Shown here piece after piece: positions 37,311 to 51,272 of a stretch of DNA of 64,000 nucleotides (position 1 is the first letter of the stretch; every line of letters starts with the position of its first letter). The translations under genes and the position numbers were made by a program. Source of the stretch: Mizuhopecten yessoensis (lineage: Eukaryota); NCBI RefSeq assembly GCF_002113885.1, contig NW_018405619.1, forward strand, positions 839,695 through 903,694, in the 5' to 3' direction. Under the pieces are notes generated by a model. The model did no database searches. It had not been told where the DNA came from and saw nothing but the letters and a program-made list of their open reading frames with translations.

Positions 37311-39719
37311 TCATATGTATACAGTCATATACCAGAAACAGTTTTCAATGTGTAGTCACAGTTTCTGGCAGTGGTATGGAGATCCTTAACTCAAACACTT
37401 AACTATTCAAATCCAATTAATCATGTCCCATTAACGAGAAAGCTGATATGGATTCAGGATATCAAACTCTTTACTTTTATGGTTTTATTTCAAATGTTTA
37501 AATTCAAAGTCAGGTCAATAAGTATCTTTGTTATATCATAAATAATGTTGAAATATACAATGTAATCTACGTCCCTTTTTGTTGAATTGCAAACTGCTCA
37601 CTGTGGCTTTATTCATACCTAGCTTTCTGAGGAAATGTTTCTTCAGAAGTTAGTGTCAGTTTCCTAAAGTGCATTATATACAATCCCAGTGTTACACACA
37701 ACCCTGCTGTAAGCCTTTGATTATGAAGTGCCCTTATAATTAAATACACATCAAGTTTCAATTTAACACAGATCTTATTTCAAACATTTTAGATCCTTTA
37801 ATGAAATCAGATATCCATACTGTAAGTTAAACAGAGAGTTTATAAGCAGCTACATATGTACCCTACCTATACACATACCATTTCCTGAGGGGTCAGCTGT
37901 GTACAATTTTCTAGACCTGTTCCTGGTATTAAACCACTTGTCAAACATACTTTGTTTACTTATGAAAGCAATTGATTATTTTTTCGCTGTCCTGCAATTG
38001 AGTTATTTGAAGCACATCCTCTGTCTCATCATAGTGGTCAGTTTACTTTTACAGAAAATGTGACAATATCAATTATTCTGAGTATATATTTCAATTATAA
38101 CATTAAAAAAAAAGATGACATTAAAAAATCAAAATATGTTAAACTTGGACACCTGAAAACAAAAACACATACAAATATTGGTAAAGAATATCATTTGAAA
38201 GAAGAAAAAAAAATTCAAATCACTCATAAAGCTAACCAGGCTTTTCACAAATGGCGTCCCTATCATTTTTGTGTTCCTTAGTCCATGCAGAAGGAACTGA
38301 AGCAATCTAAACAGACCCCCCCCCCGCACTCTACTGTATACACACTTTGCCTAAAGATGTCACCGTCACTGTATACTGTATACAACCATTAAGTGATACT
38401 GTTCACCTCGATAATACTTCAGCTCTGACATCAGCATCACAAACAGATATGCCATATCTTCATACATGACTGTCATAAATTGTCTTGTGAACTCTTCTTG
38501 AGATTGTCATAAATTGTTTAATTGTATATCAAAATTGTCGTTAAATCTTACAAACTTTGGTCTAGAAATCACAAGTACACAAACTGTACTAGTCGTTAGG
38601 CCATGCACCTCGATCTCCACAATGTCATGAAAAATGTAGTTAATTGATCGCTGCAGGAATGAAGAATTTAATAAATACTTTAACCACGCTGCGATCGTGT
38701 CAATAAGCTATCATTACATGACTCACACATCACATTCTTAAGTAAGAGTGATTTTATACCTGCCAACTGCAGGTGAAAATTTGACAATCAATACCATTGA
38801 AAGGCTACATAACTATGTTGCATCATATCTTAAAAGATTTTCACAGTTCAAATTACAGATAAGCAATATTTACCCAGATTTATACAGTGGTGTTACCACC
38901 CCATTGGAGGAACACAACTGGTATCAATTTAATTTAAACTTGCTGATAGAAAATTGATAGACAAAAGTTACAAAACAATTTTAATAACATTTCTTTTATT
39001 TTTACAATATGAAGTTTTTATTACATAAATAAATTCAGTTTCAATATCAATGCATAGTTCATGTACCTAAATGAAAGAATATTCAGGACAGAATAAATCC
39101 TTGCTGTTTGATTCAATCTTGGAACTTAAGGTCAAGGGAGATAACTCCTACTCATTTACCATAAAATTTCAAAACCAAATAGATAAGACTATACTTACTT
39201 TTGAACAAATACCACCTTTTATATAGCTGTCAACCCTCCCTCATTATGAGGGAGACATACTCCCTCATTTTGACCAAAATGTACTACTCTCCCTCGAAAC
39301 TCCCTCATTCAAGTCCAAACTCGGACAAACTCAAAATCTACATCCTGTGGTCAAATGATCTCCTAGTGACTGCAGGGTTGAGTTATTTTGATACGTAAAA
39401 AGGGAAAGATAAATTGAGCAAAGTAGTTTCAGTTGCCTTTCACACACTTTCCCCCTCATTGGAAATTTGAAATGAGGGTGAGATCTCCCTCATTGGAGGT
39501 TTCAGAGGTTGACACCTATGCTTTTACAGGGAAAAATCTAGGAAATTGTAAATAATTTTCCAGATTATATTTTAGGAAATTGTAAATAATTTTCCAGATT
39601 ATATTTATTTTTTCCAAAGTAAAAGTATATATTATCATTTTTCTTGGATTTGAAAAGAAGTAAAATATATACAGAGTACATGATTTATAAAAAACTTCCC
39701 AAAAAATCCAAATCCTTAC

Positions 39720-39795
39720 CTGTTTTGTCACAGCAGTTGTGATTGGACAATATCAAGGTGAACGTGGATTTATAAATAACCTGCTGCATTTTCAT
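39720..39795 (-). CDS. SVIL: Candidate alternative first coding exon B: MKMQQVIYKSTFTLILSNHNCCDKT(D)
   Basis: ATG (ggaatcATGaaaATG), in-frame TGA upstream, 25 codons + 1 nt, strong donor CAG|gtaagg at 39719. Phase 1. Confidence 0.5.
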
Positions 39796-41234
39796 GATTC
39801 CTTTTCACAGTAGAGTAATCCAACAGAATGGTAGTTTATAAATCTTTTAATCTCCAAACATATTTTCACACAAGGTGTTCTGAACTGTCTCGATGTTGTA
39901 TTGCTTCACTTCTTTACATCAAAATCTGTCAGTGACCTTTGACCTTTCTCCATCCTGAACTGATCATGAATTGTAAAGGATAATTTTGACTTTTTTTCAC
40001 AAGTGCACAACTGAAGAAATGACTATAAGACAATGATATTTCAAATTATCACCGTGGAACACAAACAACACGTCTGGAAATTATTCAACCTTTGACTCAT
40101 CGTACTATTAATTATGTTTCCAATTATTCTCCTGATATTTCAATACCTCTTGATCTACCCCTAAATTCCACTGACATTCTGACCTACTCTTCAGGTCTCT
40201 GTGTACTCATTCTCCTTCTTCAATCATTAGACTGTACTAAATTTATCATAAAATTTAAATTACTGCAGGTGAATATTTTTCATCAAATTCACTATAAAAT
40301 GGACTCATAATTCCTTTCAGGGGAGATAATCTGCTGATAAGTGTCATAAAAAACACACACAAAGTACAACAAAGTGTTCTGATATAAAATCTTGAGAGTC
40401 CTTAGGTAACCAATAATTTTAATGATTTTAAATGACAGAAAAAGTTTTTTATGATCAGTGTCACAATTTCAACTACTGGTCAATTTCCTTTTGCTATTTA
40501 CATCGTAGGTGTACATTACTTGAAATCCAAAATGGATCAAACCTCCATTAGCTGGAGATCAAGATAGCCCCAGTAAAATAGAACAACACCTCACAATTGT
40601 GGTTCACAGGTCATAAAGATCACTTTGGAGTTCTAAGTAAAACTTCAGTCATTTAAACACGATAATTGACACAATTAAATCACCTGACACATCAACATCT
40701 GTCAGTGTAATTTATTATTCATTTCCTAAACCTAATACCACATGTTTTTCTTACTCTTGACCAAAGTGCTCCTAAATGCAGTTTCCAGTTTCCTACTGAA
40801 CTCCTCTGAAAATACAGTACTTTTCAAAACTCTAGTACCTACATTAACCCACATACTAGCTGTTCGAAGCTTCATCTACTGAGTAGTACAGAGCCAGCTA
40901 GCTTATATTGAATTATTCATAAGATTGTTTTACACCAACAGAAATAGATATATCCAAAAGCTGATTTCAAGATAAATCCTTTCACAGAAGATTTCAAGCT
41001 TAAGCAGACTCCTCTGAAAATAGGTTTCAAATCCCCAAATGTACCCACAATTTTATTTTTCAATAATCCAGGATTCAATTCTATGAAGAAAACCCACAAA
41101 AATTAGAACTGAGTTTCTGGTACACAAACTTTATTGAAGACAGCCACTAAAGTTGAAATGAAGGACCAAATTAAGAGCTAAACATTCCTAAATTAAAAAA
41201 TCACTTAAAACACCAAGTCTTTTGGAAATTATCT

Positions 41235-41480
41235 AGAATACAAAATCTTTTTGAGATGAATTCTCCAAAACACAATATCTTTTAGAGATTCTCCAAAACA
41301 CTGGCTCCCTCAACGATTCTTCGTCTCCAGTACACAAAATTCTTTGGGATGAATTCTCCAAAACACAAAATCTTTCAGAGATTTCTCCGTCTCCAGTACA
41401 CAAAATCTTTTTGAGATGAATTCTCCAGAACACAAAATCGTTCAGAGATTCTCCAAAACACAGGCTTCACGAGATTCTTT
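41235..41480. repeat. Degenerate tandem repeat (acaaaatctttt-gagatgaattctccaaaac)
   Basis: Recurrent ttctcca and cacaaaatc motifs. Confidence 0.8.
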
Positions 41481-42814
41481 AGACACAAACTCAAAGAATC
41501 TGTAAGGCACAAGATCTCTCAAAACCTCTCAATAACACAAATTCAAAGGTTCTCTGTAACACAAGCTCTCAAGGGGTTTTACTAATGTGTAATGACACAT
41601 ACTGCTACAGACAATCACACAAAAAACTCAATGAAGATGAGCACATTAGATCGTGTTCTGTCAACAAAAAGCATGCAAAAACTTTCAACATGATGCATGG
41701 ATTACCGTGAAACACAAAATCACAAAAACACTGGACCACAGGCACTGTAGAAATAGGTTTCCAGAGAGACGTAAAAATCCAAAATCGAAAAAACACAAAA
41801 ACTGCACGACTGACCCTTGACCACAGACAGTTTCTACCTGTCCAGGTAAACGTATAGGTGTGTAGGTAGGATAATCAGGTAAATCAGTCTGTCTGTCTGT
41901 CTAAATCAGATCACGGTTACCCAATACCTGCCATCAATTATTCTAACCCACTCGCTGCCGTCTGCCCGAGGGCTACACATGCATCGGTGCTCTAACATCG
42001 ACATATAATCACTTGTTTATAGCTGCTGGACATGTTTAATTATTTATGTGGCACTGACCATATTCAATGTTTCGGACATTCTGGACATATTCAATGATTG
42101 TCCAAGCATACTTAATGAACATGAATAATGGTCAGTTTTAATCATACAAATGTATTTATTTTCTGGAAGGGGTTGGTTTTTCTATCAGTATATCTACATT
42201 GCAATCCCAGTCAACTAGAGCTGTTGTTGGGCATACATCTTTCATGATTATAATTAACCCAATACAGGAATCTAATATACCATTTTGGTCCCAATTTACA
42301 TGATTAGCCTAGTTTTCCTGATACAACCTGACATCCAATACAACAAAACATGTTTCCTGGAGCCGACAAATCTCAAATTTGATACATTCACTTTGTAACC
42401 TTAGAAAATCTATATGATCTGCTTTGAAAGCCTCAGTACTTGTGCACTCCTGAGTATTTCGGTGACAATGTACTGGAGGCGTCCGGGTTGCCGTATGAAC
42501 TAGAAATGTACATTCAGTGTATACAGAATTCTATCGCATTACAAATTGCTTTAGCAACAATCCATACACAAAATCAATGTTTGTGTTCTTGTTGTCACTG
42601 TGGCGACGTTTAACTGTACTTTACTGTCCTTGTTACACCATCTGTGGCGTTAACCACATCACAACTTTGTCACGCGTAAACATCATCCAATTTGATCCAT
42701 CTGTGATAACCCTAACACCCCTAAAACTTCTACATTGCTCAAGATTACATTTGACACATGTAGACTCAGCTAACTCAGTCAACAGACCAATAACTTGCAT
42801 AAACTGCATCCGGT

Positions 42815-43135
42815 CAAGGTAACTGCATCCATGATACTAACTGTTCAAATTAACTGTATTCATTGTAACTGTTCAAGGGAACTGTGTTCATGGTAACTGT
42901 TCAAGTAAACTGTTCATGGTAACTGTTTAAATTTACTTTGTCCAAGGTAACTGTTCAATGTTACTGTATTCATGGTAACTGTTCAACGTAACTGTGTTCC
43001 TGGTTAATGTTCATGGCAATTGTTCAAATTAACTGTGTCCATGGTAACTGTTCAAGGTTACTGTATTCATGGTTACTGTTCAAGGTAACTATGTTCATGG
43101 TTACTGTTCAAGTTAACCATGTTTAAGGTGACTCC
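42815..43135. repeat. Degenerate short-period repeat (gtaactgttca)
   Basis: About 20 ggtaactg(t)ttca motifs. Confidence 0.85.
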
Positions 43136-43304
43136 GGTCATGGAGACTGTGTGGCTGCATCATTTCAATGATTCACATAACTACACCATATCCTGTGCAG
43201 TGTTAAACATTTGACTATCAACGAAGGCCAATATCTAAATTCAACATTACGTTAAAGATGACAATATTAACACTCCAACATCCAAGGAATCTATTGTTTC
43301 TCTC

Positions 43305-44438
43305 CTGTAATCTGAGACAGGTACTCTCTCTTTTCTCACCTGTACCCTTACACAGGTAAACTGGTGTTTCTCACCTATAACTTCAGACAGGTAATCACTT
43401 GTTTCTCATCTGTAACCATAGACAGGTAATCACTTGATTCTCACCTGTAACCATAGACAGGTAATCACTTGTTTCTCACCTTTAACCATAGACAGGTAAT
43501 CACTTGTTTCTCACCTGTAACCATAGACAAGTAATCACTTGTTTCTCACCTGTAACCATAGACAGGTAATCACTTGCATTGTTTCTCACCTGTAACAATA
43601 GACAAGTAATCACTTGTTTCTCACCTGTAACCATAGACAGGTAATCACTTGTTTCTCACCTGTAACCATAGACAGGTAATCAATTGTTTCTCACCTATAG
43701 CCATAGACAGGTAATCACTTGTTTCTCACCTGTAACCATAGACAGTTAATCACTTGTTTCTCACCTATAACCATAGACAGGTAATCTCTTGTTTCTCACC
43801 TGTAACAATAGACAGGTAATCACTTGTTTATCACCTGTAACCTTACAAAGGTTTAGGTAGTCTCTTGCCTCTCACCATTAAATCAAGGTAATACCTCCCA
43901 AGAACTTTAATTAATGGTGAGAGCCAAGAGACTACCTAATCCTTTGTAAGGTTACAGGTGAGAAACAACGGATTACCTGTCTATGGTTAGGGGTGAGGAA
44001 CAAGTGATTACCGGGCTATGGTTACAGGTGAGAAGCGATTGCCTGTCTATGGCTATAGGTGAGAAACAATTGATTACCTGTCTATGGTTCCAGGTGAGAA
44101 ACAAGTGATTCCCTGTCTATGGTTACAGGTAAGAAACAAGTGATTACCTGTAACCATAGACAGGAAATCACTTGTTTCTCACCTGTTACAAAAGACAGGT
44201 AATCACTTGTTTCTTACCTGTAACCATAGACAGGCAATCATTTGTTTCTCACCTGTAACCATAGCCCGGTAATCACTTGTTCCTCACCCCTAACCATAGA
44301 CAGGTAATCCCTTGTTTCTCACCTGTAACCACAAACAGGTAATCACTTGTTTCTCACCTGTAACCTTACAAAGGTTTAGGTAGTCTCTTGGCTCTCACCA
44401 TTAAATCAAGGTAATACCTCCCAAGAACTTTAATTAAT
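43305..44438. repeat. 35-bp minisatellite with an internal inverted segment (43911-44145)
   Basis: Unit gtttctcacctgtaaccatagacaggtaatcactt. Orientation flips at about 43911 and flips back at about 44146. Confidence 0.95.
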
Positions 44439-44934
44439 AAAAAAAAAATAGGATTATCATGTAATCTTCTGACAAACTTATTCTATCCTAAAAGACCTGT
44501 GACCTTGTATTCAGCGAGACACAAATAGACTCGTTGAGTAGACAAGTTGGAAACTTAAAGGTAACAAGTTCACTGAGTAGAGATATTTGAGAGGATGACC
44601 CAGGGTGCATCAAGGACTAAAATTGTTTTATATGTTAGATAATGGCCATGACAATTCTATAGAATTTACCCCCAAAACTTCTCAATTTTCTCATGTTTTC
44701 TGACTAGACCTCCTTTACAACCTGTATCACTGGAATCTTAGAGATCATAATTCTTTTCCAATTGAGATATGACAATTTGAGTCTCCAGATGTAACACAAG
44801 ATATGACATACAGGCAGTATAATCCACGGTAGTGCATCAGGTATATCTATCTCCTGTATAAACTGTATTCATCTCCATGGTAACCAAACAGGGGTTAATT
44901 CTAATATAAAAAGTGTGGCTTATCGTTCTTGAAT

Positions 44935-45024
44935 TTAACTCATTCACCCCTGAAATGTCAAAATGAACTATTCCAACCTTTGAATTGGGAGAGTTCAAAT
45001 GTGTTTTCAGGGGTGATGAGTTAA
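44935..45024 (-). mobile_element. MITE family 1 copy (reverse orientation)
   Basis: TIRs with TTAA on both sides. Confidence 0.88.
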
Positions 45025-45438
45025 AGTGTACATTATGTGATAGGAACATTGCTTATATTTCACAAGATATATTTACATATCATTAAACTTGGGAGAAATA
45101 AACACTAGATAATATATATTCAGAATTTAAGGAGAGGTAATATATATTCAGAATTTAAGGAGAAATGTATGTATCGATCATCTATTGCAAACAATGCTGA
45201 CAGTTTGACAAAGCTGTCCAGAATTGGTATATTTGATATATCTATGCAAATTTGTTTCAAATAGCTAGGTCTGATGCCTTTTAGGGCCTCATGTTTCAAT
45301 GGAATTGACTTTATACATTACAACTTGCAGTTTTTTTCAATCTGTATGATTAAAATGCATAAATTTTTCATTTAACTCTTTCAAGATTCTGATATGAAAA
45401 TTGTGTACCTTGGTGTACGTGGCTTATCGTTCTTGAAT

Positions 45439-45516
45439 TTAACTCATTCACCCCGGAATTTAACTCATTCACCCCGGAAATATCATAATGAACTATTCCA
45501 ACCTTTGAATTTGGAA
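45439..45516 (-). mobile_element. MITE family 1 partial copy with a duplicated TIR
   Basis: (gaatttaactcattcaccccg)x2 followed by the family interior. The right end is missing. Confidence 0.8.
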
Positions 45517-46426
45517 TTGTGATTTATATTTCATAAACAAAAATCAATTTGAAAACTGCAGTTTTTATTTTTCTTAAAAATTTAACGACAACTCAATTTA
45601 ATATGTGAAAAGTTAACTGACTGTGTGGCAATTACAGTACCAATCCAATAATTTTGTGACTCTATATGTTCATATAATTTGACATAATGAACACCAATTT
45701 CAATGTTTTATCCCGACTTGCTGAACAAATCTCAGTTTAATAGACCTACTACCTCTGCACCAACTGCCTTAAAAATTGCTATTCTAGACACTTAAAATTC
45801 ATGTTACCACATTGCAAACCACACATAATGTGGTCACACCCCCTCATAACCATAATATACACGTAACTATAGTGAGTCTACCTATATATAGCCAGCACGT
45901 AAAGCTGACAATGGAACAGAAATTAAAATCATTGTACAATACTGGGGTGACATCCTTTGATGAAAATTGAACACCCACTTACACCTGAAGTTAAAAATGC
46001 ATGCGACAACTACAGTAAACCTTCATGTGTGCAACTGACAATATACGCTTCACAAACATATGTTTAATTTCAGCTACCTGATTCATGACCAAACCCAGGG
46101 CCTACAGGCCTCATCATGATTAGACATCCATATAAAAACTTCTCCAAGTGAGCAGTTGGCCAACAATTAAATGAGAAATATCATTTTCGAAACACTTGAT
46201 GAAAAACTCTCATAAGCAATCAACAGTCACTGATAATTCATGTATAAGGTTTGGAAATATTTGTGATAGACATATTTTCAGCTTTTCACACTGAAGGCAA
46301 AGCTGTAAATTCATTGGAACAGTCAACACTTCCATTGAAGCACCACTTCAGATCATACAGAAGCTATTCCTTCACGTGAACGTCAAATAAAATAACCCAA
46401 AATAACAGCTGAATATGATTATAGGC

Positions 46427-46904
46427 CTGTAGAAAGAGACAATACTGACCAGTGATATTTGTGCCAATCACCACACTAGAGCCAATATGAGCACACAGGT
46501 CTAAATGATGACCAAGTCCCTCTGTAGAAATAGACAATACTGACCAGTGATATTTGTGCTGATCACCACACTAGAGCCAATATGAGCACACAGGTCTAAA
46601 TGATGACCCACTCACACTGTAGAAATAGACAATACTGACCAGTGATATTCGTACCGATCACCACACTAGAGCCAATATGAGCACACAGGTCTAAATGATG
46701 ACCAAGTCACACTGTAGAAATAGACAATACTGACCAGTGATATTTGTACCAATCACCACACTAGAGCCAATATGAGCCCACAGGTCTAACTGATGGCCCA
46801 GTGACACTGTAGAAATAGACAATACTGACCATTGATATTCGTACCGATCACCACACTAGAGCCAATATGAGCACACAGGTCTAAATGATGGCCCAGTGAC
46901 ACTG
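46427..46904. repeat. 95-bp tandem repeat x5
   Basis: ctgtagaaa starts at 46427, 46522, 46617, 46712 and 46807. Confidence 0.96.
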
Positions 46905-48044
46905 AAGGGACATTATACCATGAGGACAGACACTTAATCTCCAAACATTGACAGACCAATAATAAAAGGATACAGACGTCCTCAAGACAACACGTTCATC
47001 TCATACTTCTGGAGATTTTCTATCATCATCTGATCATCTTTAACTTTAGAAGATTTCCCGACAACTTTTTGTTGTCTCATACTTCTGGAGATTTCCCCCG
47101 ACATCATCTGGTCATCCAGTACTTCTGTTTTTATTTCATGTTTCACTGATATCCTAAGAATTCAACACAGCCATTTGTACCCTCTTATTTGGTGAATTCT
47201 CATATCTGACTTTTGTCAGCACTTGATTCCATTATTTTAAATGCTGTAGTAACATACAGACTCTCCATGTCAGTTTAACCTCTGTTCTAACCATGCCACG
47301 GAATTTCAAAGAACTTCCAAACTTCAGCACTTTTATGTTAATATCTGATCGAATTTAGTTCTTCTATTAATATCTGCGTCACTTGTAAATTATTATCCAC
47401 CAATCAATTCAGAAAGCTGTCCTGATTTTTATTGGCAATTGAATCCAATTCTTTGAAGTGATAACTACATTTCAGTTTGTCCTCTGTCCATAAAATAATA
47501 TCTGACCAGAGCATGGAAAGATACAAATCTGAGATATTATCTAATCATTTCTGATCTCGGCTCTGACTTTGGCTGACACTTAAATCCAGTTTGTTACAAT
47601 AACAACATGCAGTCTAATCCATGTTTTGAGCACCCTGACCTCTGTCCACTATGGTTCTGACCAGGCCAAATAAGATAGCAATCTCACACAATACCTGATC
47701 AATTCATGTTCTGATTTTCACCAGCAATTGAACTTAATCTCCGCACACAAAGACATTTTGAAGACACAGTTTAATCCTTAGCTGTCCCGTTTTTAGCTCC
47801 GTCCACCAGACAACCCGATCGCACCTCTACGGCCAACAGTAATTCCCCGATGGGTTTGTGCTGTGGTCAATTTTCAAGTAAAATGTCAGAGAATCCAGAT
47901 GTGGATGATGGATATGGCCATCTACCTGTCAGTTAAACACCTGAGCGTTGTACAGGTAAGTTTATACAGGTATACAATCTACCATGTGTTTGTCAGTAAA
48001 CATTTTCCTACTGTTTATACCCTGTTACACCACACTGGTTTCTG

Positions 48045-48137
48045 CTCCTGTTTGCTGAACGGTAACCCTGATTGTCCCCTCCTGTTTGCTGAACGGTGAC
48101 CCTGATTTTCCCCCTCCTGTTCGCTGAACGGTGACCA
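48045..48137. repeat. 34-35-bp tandem repeat, about 2.7 copies
   Basis: ctcctgtttgctgaacggt(a/g)accctgatt. Confidence 0.9.
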
Positions 48138-48959
48138 CATAACCGCAGGAGATTTTGCATCTGCTAGTCCATGACATATATCTAGTAGGAGATCGATAGA
48201 CGACTCGTCGACATTTTTCACCTATCTGCTGAGCGACACAATAAGGTCTCACTACTTATACGACTCTTAATGGTTTTGCAATCATCATATCTCCCTTCAA
48301 TGCCAAACAAAAAAAATCTGTTATCTTTCTCCATCTCACCAAAGCAACAACCACATTTATTTCAGTGTCAAAATAACCCTGAAAGGATCATAATATTCCA
48401 TTCAACAATCGGAGATATATACGTCAGGATATATTACAATTTAAGTGTCAGCTAGTGCGTTACAAATGCATCCAGCCAGCTTACAACGTATCAAATGTAT
48501 ATGTATATCTTCATTTAATCATGCTAGTTCTACAGAAATATGAATACAATTTTGTTAAGTATTTACTGACTTACCCTTCATACAGCTAAAATAAATTCTA
48601 AATAAAGAAAAATATGCAGAAAAAACATACAAAATTCACTGTTAAATTTTCTTGGGACAGTCCAAAACACAAAAGAGACCTGCATGATTCTAAGGGTTTG
48701 GTTCTATACTAGAATTTCTTATTAGTTTCAAAAAGGAGTTGAACAACTTAGGACAAAGGGAATGTTGTGAATTCAAGCACAGTTAACAATTTGTATATAA
48801 ATTAGATGAACACTGGCAAAACCAAGCACAGAAATACATTTTTAAAGAAAAATCAAAATCAAAATCTTAAAATCAAAACTTTTGAAATATGTTTTAATTT
48901 AATTATTTTTTATTTCAAAGCTGAAAGTCAAAGGATTGTAAAATTCTTATTTTGTCAGA

Positions 48960-49291
48960 ATAAAATTTATGCATCCATGAATAACTTGCACAGCAAGTTT
49001 CATCATAATCTCTTTTGTACTTTCTGAGAAATAACAAACTTTATGTGCAGTTGACATAAAGAATTCTAGATGACCTGGCGGCCATTTTATTTGTTTGGTG
49101 TGTCCTAATTTGAAGCAGGCAAAACTGGAAACTAAGGGGATTGGTTATACCCTATGAGTATTCTAATAGGACCCATTTAAAATTTCCTGACAAATAGCAG
49201 TGACCAATATTTATTAGAGAAACAGATTGAGACAGATGTTGGACAAAAAGCCATTTGAACAGCTCACCATATGATTATGGTGGGCTAAAAA
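48960..49291 (+). mobile_element. 3' portion of a Helentron/HINE-like element
   Basis: Ends in the hairpin agctcaccat...atggtgggct followed by aaaaa, with internal aagtttcat and ggcggccatttt motifs. The left boundary is approximate. Confidence 0.55.
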
Positions 49292-50106
49292 GGAAAAAGT
49301 ATATATAAAACATCTCGCATCTAAAATCTCTTTTATATTCTGGAAATGGGAAGGCCTAGCTACTTCATTTTCTCACATGTATGTAAATTATGAATATGAA
49401 AATATTAGCAAAATTACGTAACATATTTATATAAGGTAAAATAGAATCGAATTTTTTCATATCTGCTCTGCGACTAGACTGGGAAATGGAAAAAAAAAAA
49501 TGTTTTTAGTATCTTATCAACCGTTATTTTAAACCCAGCATGATAATGATAAAAATAGTCTATAGGTCAACATGAAAAAGAGCAATTTAAACCCTGATTA
49601 TACCAATGGTGTAATTTGTCTTCACAGAGTTATCCCCCTTATATTTCATTTATCTAAGATCTCCTTTCTCCTGCTGCGTTAGGAATTTATCACAAGTTCA
49701 ATGAGGATTGGAATAAACTCTTCACACAATCAAAGTAAACATTAAAACTGTGTCAAGTACACTACACGTACCCTATATTGCAATAAAGGAGACACTCAAT
49801 CAGCTTAACATGTATAATCTTACATAATTTCTTGTACAAAGCACCATATATTTCAATTTAGAATTTTTCTTTAAAATAGCCTCAGTGTTTAGGACCAATT
49901 CTTCTTATTTTTCATCATACAACCCCTAGAAAATATGCAACTTAATTAATTAAAAGGGATATTCTTCATGGAGAATTTCTTATTTTTACCTGTATAATGA
50001 AAAAAATTCCCATGGCTTGAGAAAAAGACTTACAATTTTGTTAAATAGATTGGAGCTAACATTCTGTCATACACAAAAAGAAGAGTACTAGTTGAAACAG
50101 AATCCA

Positions 50107-50311
50107 GTAAGGGATCCCTGTCCCACTGCACTTAAGTTTTTCCTATAAACAGTAACCCCCCCTTAACTTTTGCGGGGTTTGTTTTTCACACTCGGAACAG
50201 CTTAAGCCCCAAAAGGTATGATTTTCTTTTAAGAAATGGTTAATCAATTCTCTAGTTATGCCAGAGATAAATGATCCAATACTTAGTTACAATTTTGGCT
50301 GGGATCCTTAA
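50107..50311. mobile_element. Family 3-related element (GGATCC termini) without the tRNA-like insert
   Basis: taagggatccctgtcccactgca ... gggatccttaa. The left end resembles the reverse complement of 27530-27588. Confidence 0.6.
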
Positions 50312-50541
50312 CTTTTTTAGTTTTCATTTCATACGACGTTATATTAAATGAGTGTGGTAACGGAAGTATCACATGTGATTAAAATCATTATCTTGTAGTA
50401 TTTAAAGTGATATGATAGACTTTCTTCTAGACATACTCTGTGTAGTTCAGAGGCTGAAGGTAAAAAGTTTAACAGAATTTCGGTAAAGCATGTAAGTCCT
50501 AGAAGTTTTCACTGTAGAGCCTTAAAAGAAGCCCTTGCTGG

Positions 50542-50890
50542 TAGGGCCCTATTAGACATTATCTAGAACGGAGTACCTGTTAGGGCCCTATTGGACATTA
50601 TCTAGTACGGAGTTCCTGTTAGGGCCCTATTAGACATTATCTAGTACGGAGTACCTGTTAGGGCCCTATTGGACATTATCTAGTACGGAGTACCTGTTAG
50701 GGCCCTGTAAGACGTTATCTAGTACAGAGTACCTATTAGGGCCCTGTAAGACGTTATCTAGTACAGAGTACCTGTTAGGGCCCTATAAGACATTATCTAG
50801 TACGGAGTACCTGTTAGGTCCCTATAAGAGGTTCTAGTACAGAGTACCTGTTAGGGCCCTTTTCAACGTTATCTAGTACGGAGTACCTGT
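50542..50890. repeat. 39-bp minisatellite, about 9 copies
   Basis: tagggccctattagacattatctagtacggagtacctgt. Confidence 0.95.
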
Positions 50891-51272
50891 AAATATTGAC
50901 CACTTGCTACCTGGACAGTTTGTTTTTCTTTCTGATAACCAGAAAAATACTCAAGTGTCTACAAGCCTATTACAGTAACTCTAAGGTCATCATAGACTTG
51001 CACAAGTCCCATTATCATACATTGTTTACAGTACCTGACCTAGAAATCACCCTTCCCCTTAAAACCCCCTGACCACAACTGAATTTGCAAGATAAAAAAA
51101 TTCTTGGTTATATGCAAAGAGAGTCTTCTCACAAATTTGTTAATGTCCTTTTCATAAATTAATATCCTCACAAATAACCGAAAACTGTATGAAACCACAG
51201 AAGTTGATGATATTTACATTTCCTGTATACCCCATACATGATATATTAATATTACCAGAAGAAATTGCATTC

